Below, piece by piece: positions 10,745 through 22,205 of a stretch of DNA of 33,028 nt. Position numbers and translations under genes: made by a program. The notes beneath the pieces were generated by a model that saw only the letters and a list, made by a program, of their open reading frames with translations, was not told the origin of the DNA and ran no database searches. The stretch comes from Malacoraja senta (lineage: Eukaryota). The stretch lies in NCBI GenBank assembly GCA_038087875.1, contig JAXLNO010000356.1:124001-157028 (forward strand), in the 5' to 3' direction. Every line of letters begins with the position of its first letter. The stretch's first letter is position 1.

Positions 10745-13035
10745 GTCAATGTATGGCTGGGGTGTCCTGTACAAAAGGGACAGGTTACACCTTAACTGGA
10801 GAGGGACCAACATGCTAGCGGGCAGTTTTGCTAGTGCTGCACGGGTGGGTTTAAACTAAATAGGTTCACAAATTGGGAGTATATTATTTATTATTATTAT
10901 TAAATCGTTGAAAACATTAGCGACGCAGTGGTGCTGGTTTCCGACGGGCATTCCTTACAATGCTATGTACGACAGTGATCGCAACTTCTACTGAAGTGTG
11001 GATGGCCGTTGGCTCGCTAGGAGCTCATCCGCTCATTGACAGGTCTTGTTTTTGGTCCTGCTGGGGGTCCACAGCCCCCTCCTCACCTGGCAAAACTGGG
11101 AGACGGTTTAGTCACCGACTATCCGACCATGGAGCAGGTAGCACGGGATTATATGGCGACCCGTGGTGGAGGGAACTCCCCCCGACCTGATCAATAAGGT
11201 CCCGATCACGTCGGGACCTGATCAGGTCAGGAGTATAAGGATGGAGTTAAAGGGGAAGAAAGTACAGGAAAAGTTACGAAAGACACCTGAATTAATGGGA
11301 CGGAAAGTTCAAGAAGGGATAAGAGAGTAAGGTCAGGTGAAATAGGAACTGGTGTGAGAGGGGACGCGAATACCGAATTAAGTGTTATATATGAATGCGC
11401 GAAGTATAAGAAATAAAGTGGATGAGCTTGAGGCTCAGTTGGAAATTGGCAAGTATAATGTTGTGGGAATTACAGAGACATGGTTGCAAGAGGATCTGAG
11501 CTGGGAACTGAATATTCAGGGGGTATAGGTCCTATCGAAAAGACAGACAGGTGGGCAGAGGGGGTGGGTGGGGTGGCTCTGTTGGTAAGGAATGAAATTC
11601 AGTCCCTTGCGAGGGGTGACATAGAATCAGAAGATGAAGAGTCATTGTGGATAGAACTGAGAAATTGTATGGGTAAAAAGACCCTAATGGGAATTATCTA
11701 CAGGCCCCCAAACAGTAGCCTGTAGATAGGGTGCAAGTTGCATCAGGAGTTAAAATTGACATGTAACAAAGGTAATGCTACAGTGGTTATGGGAGATTTC
11801 AACATGCAGGTAGACTGGGAAAGTCATTGGACCCCAAGAAAGGGAGTCAATGGGCCCCAAGAAAACCTTTGACAAGGTCTCACATAGGAGATTAGTGGAC
11901 AAAATTAGAGCACACAGTATTGGGGGTAGGAGATTGACATGGATAGAAAATTGGTTGGCAGACAGGAAACAGAGTAGGGATTAACGAGTCCCTTTCAGAA
12001 TGGCAGGCAGTGACTAGTGGGGTGCCTCAAGGCCTGGTGCTGGGACCGCAGCCATTTACAATATACATTAATGATTTAGATGAAGGAATTAAAAGGAACA
12101 TGAGCAAATTTGCAGATGACACCAAGCTGGGTGGCAGTGTGAACTGTGAAGGAGATGCTTTGAGGATGCAGGGTGACTTGGACAGGTTGGGTGAGTGGGC
12201 AGATGCATGGCAGATGCAGTTTAATGTGGATAAATGTGAGGTTATCCACTTTGGTGGCAAAAACAAGAAAGCAGATTATAATCTGAATGATGTCAGATTA
12301 GGAATGGGGATAATGGAACGCGACCTGGGTGTCCTTGTACATCAGTCACTGGAAATAAGCATGCAGGTACAGCAGGCATTGAAGGAAGCTCATGGCATGT
12401 TGGCTTTCATAACGAGAGGAGTTGAGTTTTGGAGCAAAGTGGTCCTTCTGCAGTTGTACAGGGTCCTGGTGAGACCACACCTGGAGTATTGTGTGCAGTT
12501 TTGGTCTCCTAATTTGAGGAAGGACATTCTTGCTATTGAGGTAGTGCAGTGTAGGTTCACAAGGCTAATTCCCGGGATGGCGGGACTGTCATGATGAAAG
12601 AATGGAGGGACTGGGCTTGTATTCACTGGAATTTAGAAGGATGAGAAGGGATCTTATAGAAACACAAAATTATTAAGGGATTGGACTTGCAAGATGCAGG
12701 AAACATGTTCCTGATGTTGGGGGAGTCCAGAACCAGGGGCCACAGTTTAAGAATAAGGGATAGGCCATTTAGAATTGAGATGAGGAAAAACTTTTCACAC
12801 AGGGGGTTGTGAATTTGTGGAATTCTCTGCCTCAGACGGCAGTGGAGGCCGATTCACTGGATGCATTCAAAAGAGAGTTAGATAGAGCTCGTAGAGGTAG
12901 CGGAATCAAGGGATATGGGGAGAAGGCAGGAACGGGGTACTGATTCTGGATGATCAGCCATGACACATTGAATGGCGGTGCTGACTCGAAGGGCTGAATG
13001 GCCTACTCCTGCACCTATTGTATATGTATCTATGT
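10745..13035 (+). mobile_element. Decayed CR1 LINE of a second subfamily: ORF1 end, APE N-terminus, large internal deletion at about 11865, RT C-terminus and 3' UTR
   Basis: LYKRDRLHLNWRGTNMLAG...GLN* (ORF1 end); MNARSIRNK, ITETWLQ, IYRPPN, MGDFN; then FDKV, GVPQGLVLGP, FADD; tail CCTATTGTATATGTATCTATG. Several stops and frameshifts. Confidence 0.92.
10884..11229 (-). mobile_element. 346-bp unclassified non-coding retroposed insertion with (TAA)n tail, nested in CR1
   Basis: TSD GGAGTATA at 10876-10883 and 11230-11237; (TTA)n on the plus strand at about 10884-10902; removing it rejoins the CR1 sequence. Confidence 0.8.
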
Positions 13036-16000
13036 AGAATAGTGGGTGTGACCAATCTCCAATGAGATTAACTGGATGTTGTTGCCAAATCATAATTTCA
13101 CCAATATTTGTCATGGTGCAAATGGAATCCAATACATAGCACAACTGGAAATGTATTAATTAAAAAGTACCGGGAAGTTGTGCATGGATTTTAATTTAAA
13201 GGAAACTACATCAAGTCATTTCAGATGATTTTGTTTTGTTTTTTTTGCATTTTGTGATTACATTATTTTGTAGCTTTTGGTAACGTTATTGCAAATTTCT
13301 CAATAGCAAGCAGGGATAAACAAATACATAAAGACCTGAATAAATAATCCTGAAACCAAAGCACAATACTGTGCATGCTCAAAATTTGAAGTAAGAAGAC
13401 AATTGTGGAGGCATCTGCAAATGTGGAGCGTATTTATTTGATTTTTTTTCCTTTTCTTGACTCCTCACCAAGATTCTAAAGAAAGGCCAGTATTATTATG
13501 TCAGGCATGAACAATTGGTTAATTAATTTTTTGCTTGCGACTCGCAAATTTGCAATGAGAGGAATATGGTTCAATTTCTTTGATTGCAAATACATAAATT
13601 TACTGTTCTCAGGTGAAGAAAAAGTTGCTGGAAAAATTGGCTGATATTTTTCAGCAAAATTCATTTGCTAATTTGCCCTCTCCTGGAGTGAAATATATTA
13701 AGAACTGAAAATCGGTCTAGGCGCTGGTGTCAGGCATGCTAGTGACCCAGAGTGATCTCAGCTTTAGAAGCACCTGGGATGACATGGTCAATACAAAGGC
13801 AATGCTCCCTTTTGGATCGCTATAGGGTAACTTGGAGGGGACCAACATTTGCTGGGCATTCTGAATAATCGCTGGGCATTCAGAACAACCTGATTTCATC
13901 TCCATTGATTCCCCTCCCCGATTCCTCATGAAAAGCCATGCCTACGATAGATTCTGCACTTCTTGATTTCCCATCCTAACTCTCACATTGATTCCGTCAA
14001 ATGTTGTCTCTCTTCTCCTCCTGCATCCCAACGCCTCTTCCACACTGCAGCTCACCTCCCCCAGTGCCGTGACTTGAAAATTAATTTTGGAAGTAGAGAA
14101 TGATGTGCTGATGTGACTTTAATCACACATTTAAGGACCACTGACTGAGGATACAATTTTATGCACACCTGTTTTAATAATAATAGTTCAGCCGTATTTT
14201 CCCATTCTTGTACAACCTTGCGGCACGTAGGGTTGGTGCACAGTGTGTTTGGCTTTGTAACTGTGTGAAAATGTAAATCGCATATTAAGGCTGAAACTAA
14301 GTCTGAGGCTAAAGAGCGTGAAAGTGATACTGCCATTGTTGCAGTCCTTTATCCACTCCGGCAACAAATCCAGATCAGGCCCAGTTTCTGGGTTACTGTT
14401 AATTGGATACAAATTCTGTTATTTTTGGGGCCTTGTAAGCATTTGATCTTTCGACATCGTTGCATGTGGCTCATTGCTGCCCGTTGGCCCATGTCTTTGT
14501 CCTTCTAGGTCATATTCCACACCAGGCCATAGGTAAAACCTTGCTCATTCAGTGCATTTGTCAGTGTTCTTCTGCTTTCTGCCTTATTTATCTCTGCAAC
14601 CCGTTGTGCTTCTCCTTCCTTCCCCAACTCTCCTTCCTACGTTCCAACATCACGTTCTTTCCTCAACTCGCACGCTCAACCTTCTTTTTCCATGCACTTT
14701 CTCTCATCTCCTATCTGTTATCCCATGTCCCCCCCCCCCCCCCCCCACTGTCCCTCTTTGCCAATCTGTTGACCCACACTCTCAATTTCTGCCAACTTAT
14801 CCCCAGGACCACCCAACCATCCTCATAACACTTGGTGAATTGACTTCTCCCTTTTGTTGCCGTTTGTACTTAACATTATATGGACATCAGTTATTTAAGG
14901 TGTTGAGTATTGATATTTGGCAAATGGCACCAAAGATGGCTTTCCCAGATAGTCACTTCCATTTAATACCTTTTGAAATGGGGTGTTTACATTTGTACTA
15001 GCTGATCGTATGGAGGTATCTTTTGTGTTTCTTAAGCTTGGTATCAAAATCTTGAGAGTTTTATTTACCTGATCTCCAGTCACATAATAACTTTTAGATA
15101 TCTTCATGATCTAGGCAAAAGGCAATTGACTTAATTGTGCCTATTGAAACACTGGTAAAAATCAGGTCAAGATGAGGATGATACCACAAAAGATGCCAGC
15201 AATAAAATACATCATAGTAATTGTTAATAAATTACTATCTATCTATTGTTGTTGACCCCTAATAATGCCTAACAGCTATCAAAGCAAACCACCTCCGTTA
15301 TGTAAATCTATAGTTTTTATGTCAAATTGGGATGTTGTATGTCAGGGCTATAATTATTACAAGAGCTCTTTTGATCTCGGTTGGGTTGCCTGCTAAATTG
15401 CAGTTAGGCATAAAGAAGGAAATGAATATTTAAAGGAAGACCAAATCTTCCAATTAGGAATTAATTTGCCTCCCAATAATGCATATCAGTTATTTTGCCA
15501 GAGGTTTCTGGGCACTTGAAGTGATGCCATTCTGGGTGGGCCACAAACACTGGAGCAGGTTGACTGGAGGGTCTGATGTCAGTGACTGAAAGGCTAGATT
15601 TGGACTGAAGTTCCTCCACGCTTGTTTTTCATTTACCTCTTAATTCTCAGACATTTTCTGATCACCCTGTTGTCTCAATCCATTACTTCCCCTCACCTCC
15701 CATATCCTGCCTCCATTACCACTGGAAACCAACCCTGGCCACTCCACACCCTGCCAATGTGTACTGGCCCCATTAGTAATCTCTATTACATACCACCACC
15801 CATGCTCGGGTCAGTTCCACAACCCATACTCCTATTTCTTTGATATAACTTTGGAACACCCCCCCCCCCCCAACCCCATCTCCACATCCATGTCTCCCTT
15901 TGTTGAATTGTCTCTCCCATGGCCCCAGTCTTCTTTCTCCCTCCCCAAACTCCAACATGTCCCATTCCTCGTGATCCTCTTTTTAGCATCTATTTCCACA

Positions 16001-17024
16001 ATCTCCTCTGCAATGGCCAGAGAATTGAAAGGAAAAAACCCTTTGTGCCATGTATTTGTGCCAAAATTCCTGTGTGGTTGAACACTGAAGCCCATGGATA
16101 TGATGCATATGTGGCAGCAGCTCAAATTGCAACTCAATTTTAAATGCATTTTTAGGTACAGGAATATTTCAAGACTGGTATAATTTTGCTGGGCCCTGGT
16201 AGACATGTACTGTGGCAATCTTAAACAACAAGAATTCAAATTTAGTATTTAACCACCAGTACATACGAGGACTGTCAATACATTTGTATCATAGGCTCAG
16301 TACTGGCATTAAAAGCTGGGAAAGTATTGCATAGTTGAGATCAACTTAATGTTGTCCTACTACATGAAAGGCTATCTCTGCAAATGACAATTGATGCAGT
16401 ATCATTGTTAATATTACATCTGAGATTGATAAGATTTCAGTTAATTAAAGATGTTATGGGGCAAAGACTGATGAAAGGAGTTAAATGGCAGATTTGCAAA
16501 GATCCCTTTGTATGCTGAATAGTTTCAAAGAGCTCAGTAGCTTAATCATTTCACTAAGTTGATATGTGTGTGCGTTTTGAGGCCCAGCAGAAATGATTAC
16601 AAACGCAAATGGATTCTCAATGACTTTTCAGAATATCATTATCTCAAAAATGGAATTGTTAAACATTATATGATTGCTTCGTCTTTGAGTAGCACATTTT
16701 GCACTTGGCTAAGATTGAGACCGATAGATGAACTGCCAGATAACTAACTTAATTTCACTTCCACTATTTTAAACTGAACCCTTTCCTATTTGCTCTTTTC
16801 TAGATGCCTTTATGGTTTTAACCTTAAAATTTCCTGCATTTTTCCTCCCTTTCCCACCTCTGTAGTTAGGATTGATTTTTTTTCCTTTACAGATTTTGCA
16901 AATCTTTGTTAATCACAAGTGTGGACCATGGCACTTAATTTTGGGTTCCAATTCCAGTTTGCTGCCTCTGGAACTGAACCGCCCTACATTGCAAACTCTT
17001 ATATTTAACAATCCCGACTATTGT

Positions 17025-20000
17025 TTTTTTTATTTTTTATTTTTTATTTTTTTATTTATTAGAAGTACATTACATTACAACCACATACATTAATACTCGT
17101 CATTTATATCTTCTTACAATTAATGTACTCCCTTTATTTATTTATTTTTTTACACTAGAAAAAGAAAAGATTGAAAGAAAGAAGAAAGTGAAGGAAAAAG
17201 TGCAAGTGTAGAAAAGTGTAGAAAATGTAACAACAAAAAAGGACGAAGACCCTATAAGAGCGAAATTAAAAACAAAAAGAAAAAGAGTTAAGAAATAGGC
17301 CCTAAGAAAAGAAAAGAGAAAGAGAAAAAAAGAGAAACAAATGTTTTTTTTTGAGCATCACGTAAATAGGACATACCAACTCTTCAACTATCATCCCCCC
17401 TTACCTGACCTCAATTTTTTATTTTTTTAAAGTACTTTTGCACCCTATGTTTGTAATAATTCTATAAATGCAGACCACGTCAGGTGGAAGTGATCTGGTT
17501 TACCTGCTAGGAGGAGTCTTATCTCTTCTAGGTGTAATGTTTCAAACATATTTGAAATCCACATATTTATAGTTGGTATTGGAGCCTTCTTCCAAAATTT
17601 TAGAATTAGCTTTTTTCCAGTTATTAACCCATAGTCCATTAATTTCTTTTGAAACACATTTAGTTCTGGATCATCTTCCGTTATTCCGAAGATAATCCAT
17701 TCTGCTTTGGGTATCAGTCTTGTTTTAAATAACTTTGTAAAGATTTCAAAAATTACATTCCAAAATTTTTGAATTTTTGTACAGAAGACAAATGAGTGCG
17801 CTATAGTTGCTTCTTGGGATTGACATTTATCACAAATAGATGATACGTTTGGGAAAATTTTATGAATTTTAGTTTTCGAATAATATAATCTATGTAAAAT
17901 TTTAAATTGTATTAAAGTGTGTCTTACATTAATCGAGCATTTATGCACGTTTAATAAGTATTCATTCCAACTTTCCTTTGAAATTTTAATAGCTAACTCT
18001 TGTTCCCAGTCTCTTCTGATACCCTCCGTAGGTGGTATTTGTACATTTAAAATAATATTATACAAATATGATATTAAGTTTGCTGATTCCGCTTTTATCT
18101 GCATTGCCTCGTCCAATACATCTACTGGATTATTATAATGATCTTTTGTATATTTTTTCAAATAGTCGCATATTTGAAAATATTTAAAATATTGATTATT
18201 TCCGAGTTTATATTTTATTTGTAATTGTTGAAATGAAAGTAATTTTCCAGTTTCATACAAGTCACCAAGCGTTTTAATTCCTAGTCTATCCCATTGTGTA
18301 TAAGCTTTATCTATAATAGAAGGACTAAACGAAGGGTTATTGACTATAGGTAATAAAAGTGATAAGTTTCTTAATTTTAAATTTTGTTTTATTTGTTTCC
18401 AAATACGGATTGTACTATGAATAATTGGGTTCTTATTATAGTTTATGTTATTCAGTTTCATTGGAGAGAGGAGGATCGCTCCAATGTTTCTAGAGGAGCA
18501 ATCCTCTTTCTCCATTACAATCCAGTCTACTTGCTGGGCGGAGTTATCCATCAGTTGAATCATGTTTTTAATATTTACTGACCAATAATAATACATAAAA
18601 TTAGGTAGTGCTAGACCCCCCAATACTTTAGGTTTATTCAGATGGGTTTTTTGTATTCTATGTGATTTATAGTCCCATATAAAATTAGTGATATCTGAGT
18701 CGAGTTTTTTAAAAAACTTCTTAGGTAAGTATATAGGAATTGATTGAAATAGGTATAAAATTTGTGGTAAAAAGATCATTTTTATTGCGTTTATTCGGCC
18801 TATTAAAGACATCGGGAGCGTTTTCCAGAATTTAATTAATGTATTTAGTTTATTAAGTAGGGGGTCAAAATTTGCCCTGAACATACCTTGATATGTTCTG
18901 GTAATTTCGATTCCCAAATATTTAAATTTTTCTGTAGCTATTTTAAAAGGGAATTTTAAAAGATGTGTTGAATCTTTCGGTTTTATTGACATAATTTCAC
19001 TTTTATTCCAATTTATTCTATATCCAGAAAAAGATCCGAAGTCTTCAATTAAATTTAATATATTTGGTATAGTGATTTGAGGTTTTGTAATATACAATAA
19101 TATATCATCCGCGTATAAAGATATTTTATTATATGAGTCTTTAGTATTATATCCATGAATATCAGGGTGTATTCTAATTTTTTCTGCTAGCGGTTCAATA
19201 ATGAGAGCAAACAGCTGTGGTGATAATGAGCATCCTTGTCTATTTCCCCTTGATAGTTGAAATTTCGAGGATAATATGTTATTAGTAAGTATTCTAGCTG
19301 TAGGTTTGTTATATAGTAACTTAATCCATAAAATAAAATTCTCTCCCAGTTGAAATTTTTGTAATACTTTATCCATATAATTCCATTCTACTTGATCAAA
19401 TGCTTTTTCAGCATCCAGCGAAATAATTGATAATTCTTGATCTTCAGATTTGTGTGAGTGCATTATGTTGAGTAGACGTCTCATATTATTAGAAGAGTAT
19501 CTCTTAGGGATAAACCCTGTCTGATCTGGGTTTATTAATTTACTAATGTATTTACTTAATCTTCTAGCTAATGTTTTCGCTAATATTTTTTGATCTGTGT
19601 TTAACAATGCTATAGCTCTATATGAGCCAGGTTCTTCTAAATCTTTATTTTTCTTAGGTATTAATGTAATCGTTGATTCCGCTAATGTATCAGGTAGTAT
19701 TCGTTTTTTAAAAGCGTATTGGTACATTTTTTGTAATCTTGGTATTATTTTATCATAAAAGCTTTTATAAAATTCATTAGTAAATCCATCAGGGCCTGGT
19801 GTTTTTCCATTTTTTAATGAGTTTATTGTATCTTCTAATTCCTTAATTGAGATTTGTGCACCCAGTTCCTCTTGTTCCTTCAGCTCTAACTTTGGAAGAT
19901 TACAGGTATCCAAGAACTTTGTGATATTATTGGAATCAATTATCGTTTTAGATGTATACAAATTCTCGTAAAATTGCGCAAATCTTTTATTAATATCCTT

Positions 20001-21420
20001 CGGTGTTGTTAATAATTCCCCTTTATCTGATTTGATCTTTGGTATAGTATGTTCCTTTTCTCGTTTTTTTAGCTGGCGAGCCAAAAGTTTATGCGGTTTA
20101 TCCCCAAATTCAAAGTGCTCTTGTTTTGTAATTTGAAAAAGTCTTATAAGTTTGGCAGATAATAATTTATTTAATTTAAATTTTAAAATTATTATTTTAT
20201 TATGTTTATCTATTGATGGATCTTTAGCATTATCTATATCCATTTGTCTAATAAGTTCTTCTAACTGTCTTTGTTCATTCTTATTCTTTTTATTTTGAAA
20301 AGCTTGATATGAAATTATAATACCCCTAATGTATGCTTTAAAAGATTCCCAAAGTAAAGTAGGCGATATATCTGAAGTATCATTTGTTTGAAAAAAGACC
20401 TCCATTTGTTCTTTTAAATATATACTCGCTTGTGGATCTTTTAAAATTTGAGAGTTAAATCTCCAGAATGATTTATTCTTAGACAATCCTTCCAGTTTTA
20501 AAAAGAAAGTTAGTGGAGAATGGTCTGAAATTGAATTTGTATGGTATATTGCATTAGATGTTTGGGGGATTAATTTTGTATCCAGCAGAAAGTAGTCTAT
20601 ACGTGAGTATGTCTTATGTACCATTGAGTAAAACGAATATTCCCTGCCAGTTGGATTCACAATTCTCCAAACATCTGCTATATTAGTGTTATTTATATAG
20701 GTATTGAGGAGTTCCCCAGTTTTCGATTTCATATTCCCTCTCTGTTTTTGACTTGATTTATCTAAGTACGGATCTAAAACACAGTTAAAGTCTCCGCCTA
20801 TTATAACATTTTGATAGTTTGACTCTGCAATTATATTGAAGATTTTATTGAAAAAGTGGGGGTTATCAAAGTTAGGGGCATATATATTTACCAAAGTAAG
20901 TGGAGTGTCATGGATTTCTCCATTAACTATTAGGTATCTCCCTTCTATATCTGTTATAATATTCTTTGCTTTAAATGGTATACCTTTTCTTATGATAATT
21001 GACGTGCCTCTAGATTTTGAAGTAAATGAAGAGTGGTATGTTTGACCTATCCATTTCACCCTCAGCCTAACTTGATCCTGAGGTTTTAGGTGTGTTTCTT
21101 GTAGGAAGGTAATGTCAGAATTGTACATTTTTAGCTGAGCTAATATCTTACCCCTTTTGATAGGTTCGTTAATACCTCTTATATTCCAACTACAAAATGA
21201 GATTCCTCCTAGGTTCTTTTGTGTGGTGTCATGCATTTTGAATAATTATAGTACCTTTGAATCTTGTGGTGCGTCCATGTCCCAGGTCTTTAGGTATTGG
21301 GGGAGTTTTTGAATTATGAACTTTTGCTGGTATGTCCATTTTACTCTTATCACTAAACACAAAACACAAACAAGTGATTTTATGTGATAAAAAAAAAACT
21401 AAAAAAGTGAGGCTACAGTG
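17025..21420 (-). mobile_element. L1-clade LINE, 5'-truncated (no ORF1), with 3' UTR, A-rich tail and 13-bp TSD
   Basis: TSD TCCCGACTATTGT at 17012-17024 and 21421-21433; T-rich (polyA on minus) tail at about 17025-17060; intact ORF2. Confidence 0.95.
17445..21236 (-). CDS. L1 ORF2p: APE endonuclease, reverse transcriptase, C-terminal Cys/His knuckle; intact, 1263 aa
   Basis: SWNIRG, LQETH, NIYAPN, GGDFN, YSRIDY, SDH, PGPDG, SLDAEKAFD, GNRQGCSLSP, LYADD, CDKC...H...C. Confidence 0.96.
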   Translation of the reverse strand: MHDTTQKNLGGISFCSWNIRGINEPIKRGKILAQLKMYNSDITFLQETHLKPQDQVRLRVKWIGQTYHSSFTSKSRGTSIIIRKGIPFKAKNIITDIEGRYLIVNGEIHDTPLTLVNIYAPNFDNPHFFNKIFNIIAESNYQNVIIGGDFNCVLDPYLDKSSQKQRGNMKSKTGELLNTYINNTNIADVWRIVNPTGREYSFYSMVHKTYSRIDYFLLDTKLIPQTSNAIYHTNSISDHSPLTFFLKLEGLSKNKSFWRFNSQILKDPQASIYLKEQMEVFFQTNDTSDISPTLLWESFKAYIRGIIISYQAFQNKKNKNEQRQLEELIRQMDIDNAKDPSIDKHNKIIILKFKLNKLLSAKLIRLFQITKQEHFEFGDKPHKLLARQLKKREKEHTIPKIKSDKGELLTTPKDINKRFAQFYENLYTSKTIIDSNNITKFLDTCNLPKLELKEQEELGAQISIKELEDTINSLKNGKTPGPDGFTNEFYKSFYDKIIPRLQKMYQYAFKKRILPDTLAESTITLIPKKNKDLEEPGSYRAIALLNTDQKILAKTLARRLSKYISKLINPDQTGFIPKRYSSNNMRRLLNIMHSHKSEDQELSIISLDAEKAFDQVEWNYMDKVLQKFQLGENFILWIKLLYNKPTARILTNNILSSKFQLSRGNRQGCSLSPQLFALIIEPLAEKIRIHPDIHGYNTKDSYNKISLYADDILLYITKPQITIPNILNLIEDFGSFSGYRINWNKSEIMSIKPKDSTHLLKFPFKIATEKFKYLGIEITRTYQGMFRANFDPLLNKLNTLIKFWKTLPMSLIGRINAIKMIFLPQILYLFQSIPIYLPKKFFKKLDSDITNFIWDYKSHRIQKTHLNKPKVLGGLALPNFMYYYWSVNIKNMIQLMDNSAQQVDWIVMEKEDCSSRNIGAILLSPMKLNNINYNKNPIIHSTIRIWKQIKQNLKLRNLSLLLPIVNNPSFSPSIIDKAYTQWDRLGIKTLGDLYETGKLLSFQQLQIKYKLGNNQYFKYFQICDYLKKYTKDHYNNPVDVLDEAMQIKAESANLISYLYNIILNVQIPPTEGIRRDWEQELAIKISKESWNEYLLNVHKCSINVRHTLIQFKILHRLYYSKTKIHKIFPNVSSICDKCQSQEATIAHSFVFCTKIQKFWNVIFEIFTKLFKTRLIPKAEWIIFGITEDDPELNVFQKKLMDYGLITGKKLILKFWKKAPIPTINMWISNMFETLHLEEIRLLLAGKPDHFHLTWSAFIELLQT

Positions 21421-21932
21421 TCCCGACTATTGTACCGAAACTTCCGATTTTGTAGCACTAAGCGATCTCTGGATGAGGAGTGTTGCTTGTAAATTTGAGT
21501 AGGCCATTTTACGAGTGAGGTTAGGAGATGCTGTTTAGTATTAAGCCAGGAGGTTATTCAGTGCCTGCAGAACCATGTTGGGTATGTGACTGACTGTTAT
21601 GGTTACAGAAACATTGCTTTAAAGTTCAGTAACTCCAGGCATCGTGCAACTGTATGGGCTCGAGATGAAGGTCAGTATTATTGCAGAGCTCAAGAGGGAA
21701 AATGGTCACGTACAAGGTTTGGAGGGGTTACAGGAAGTAATAGGGCAAGTGGGGACTGGAAGCTCAAAGTTTTGTGAGTGGTGTGGTAAGTAAGGATTGG
21801 AAGAGGAGTTGGGGCATCGTTTGGCATCTGGTGGTTGCACGGGGAAGAACGTACACATCCGACTCTGACAACCACCCATTGGCATAAGCACCTGGTGGAA
21901 CTTCTAGAACAGTAGGATCGGACCTGGATCTA

Positions 21933-22203
21933 TGAGACCCTTCTCTCGACCCAAAACGTCACCCATTTCTTCTCTCCGGAGATGCTGCCTGTCCCGCTGA
22001 GTTACTCCAGCACTTTGTGTCTATGAATGGCAGGACTGGCTCAAGACCTTAAACAGCATCCTATCGTTCTTGCGTTCCTTAATCAGATGTCCACCTAGAC
22101 ATTTTAATCATGTATTGCTGCTTCCTTTTAGTTACCCCAGTTACCCCAGCATTTTGTGTCTATCTTCAGTGTAAACCAGCATCTGCAGTTCCTTCCTACA
22201 CAG
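21933..22203 (+). mobile_element. Two fragments of the Penelope-type pLTR/hammerhead repeat (about 21933-22025 and 22130-22203)
   Basis: TCTCGACCCAAAACGTCACCCATTTC...GAGATGCTGCCTGTCCCGCTGAGTTACTCCAGCA and CAGCATTTTGTGTCTATCTTC...GCATCTGCAGTTCC, homologous to 7175-7300. Confidence 0.7.
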
Positions 22204-22205
22204 AC

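Noticed and set aside
14520..15990. Pyrimidine-rich segments (also 8290-8600, 9210-9550) and purine-rich 10540-10730 as old L2/Penelope fragments
   Set aside because: Probably decayed repeats, but too degenerate to assign a family or boundaries by eye.
17011..17024. L1 TSD resembles SINE sequence ATCCCGACTAT at 10117-10127, suggesting SINE targeting
   Set aside because: The match is only 11 nt and the flanks of the empty site show no SINE homology; likely coincidence.
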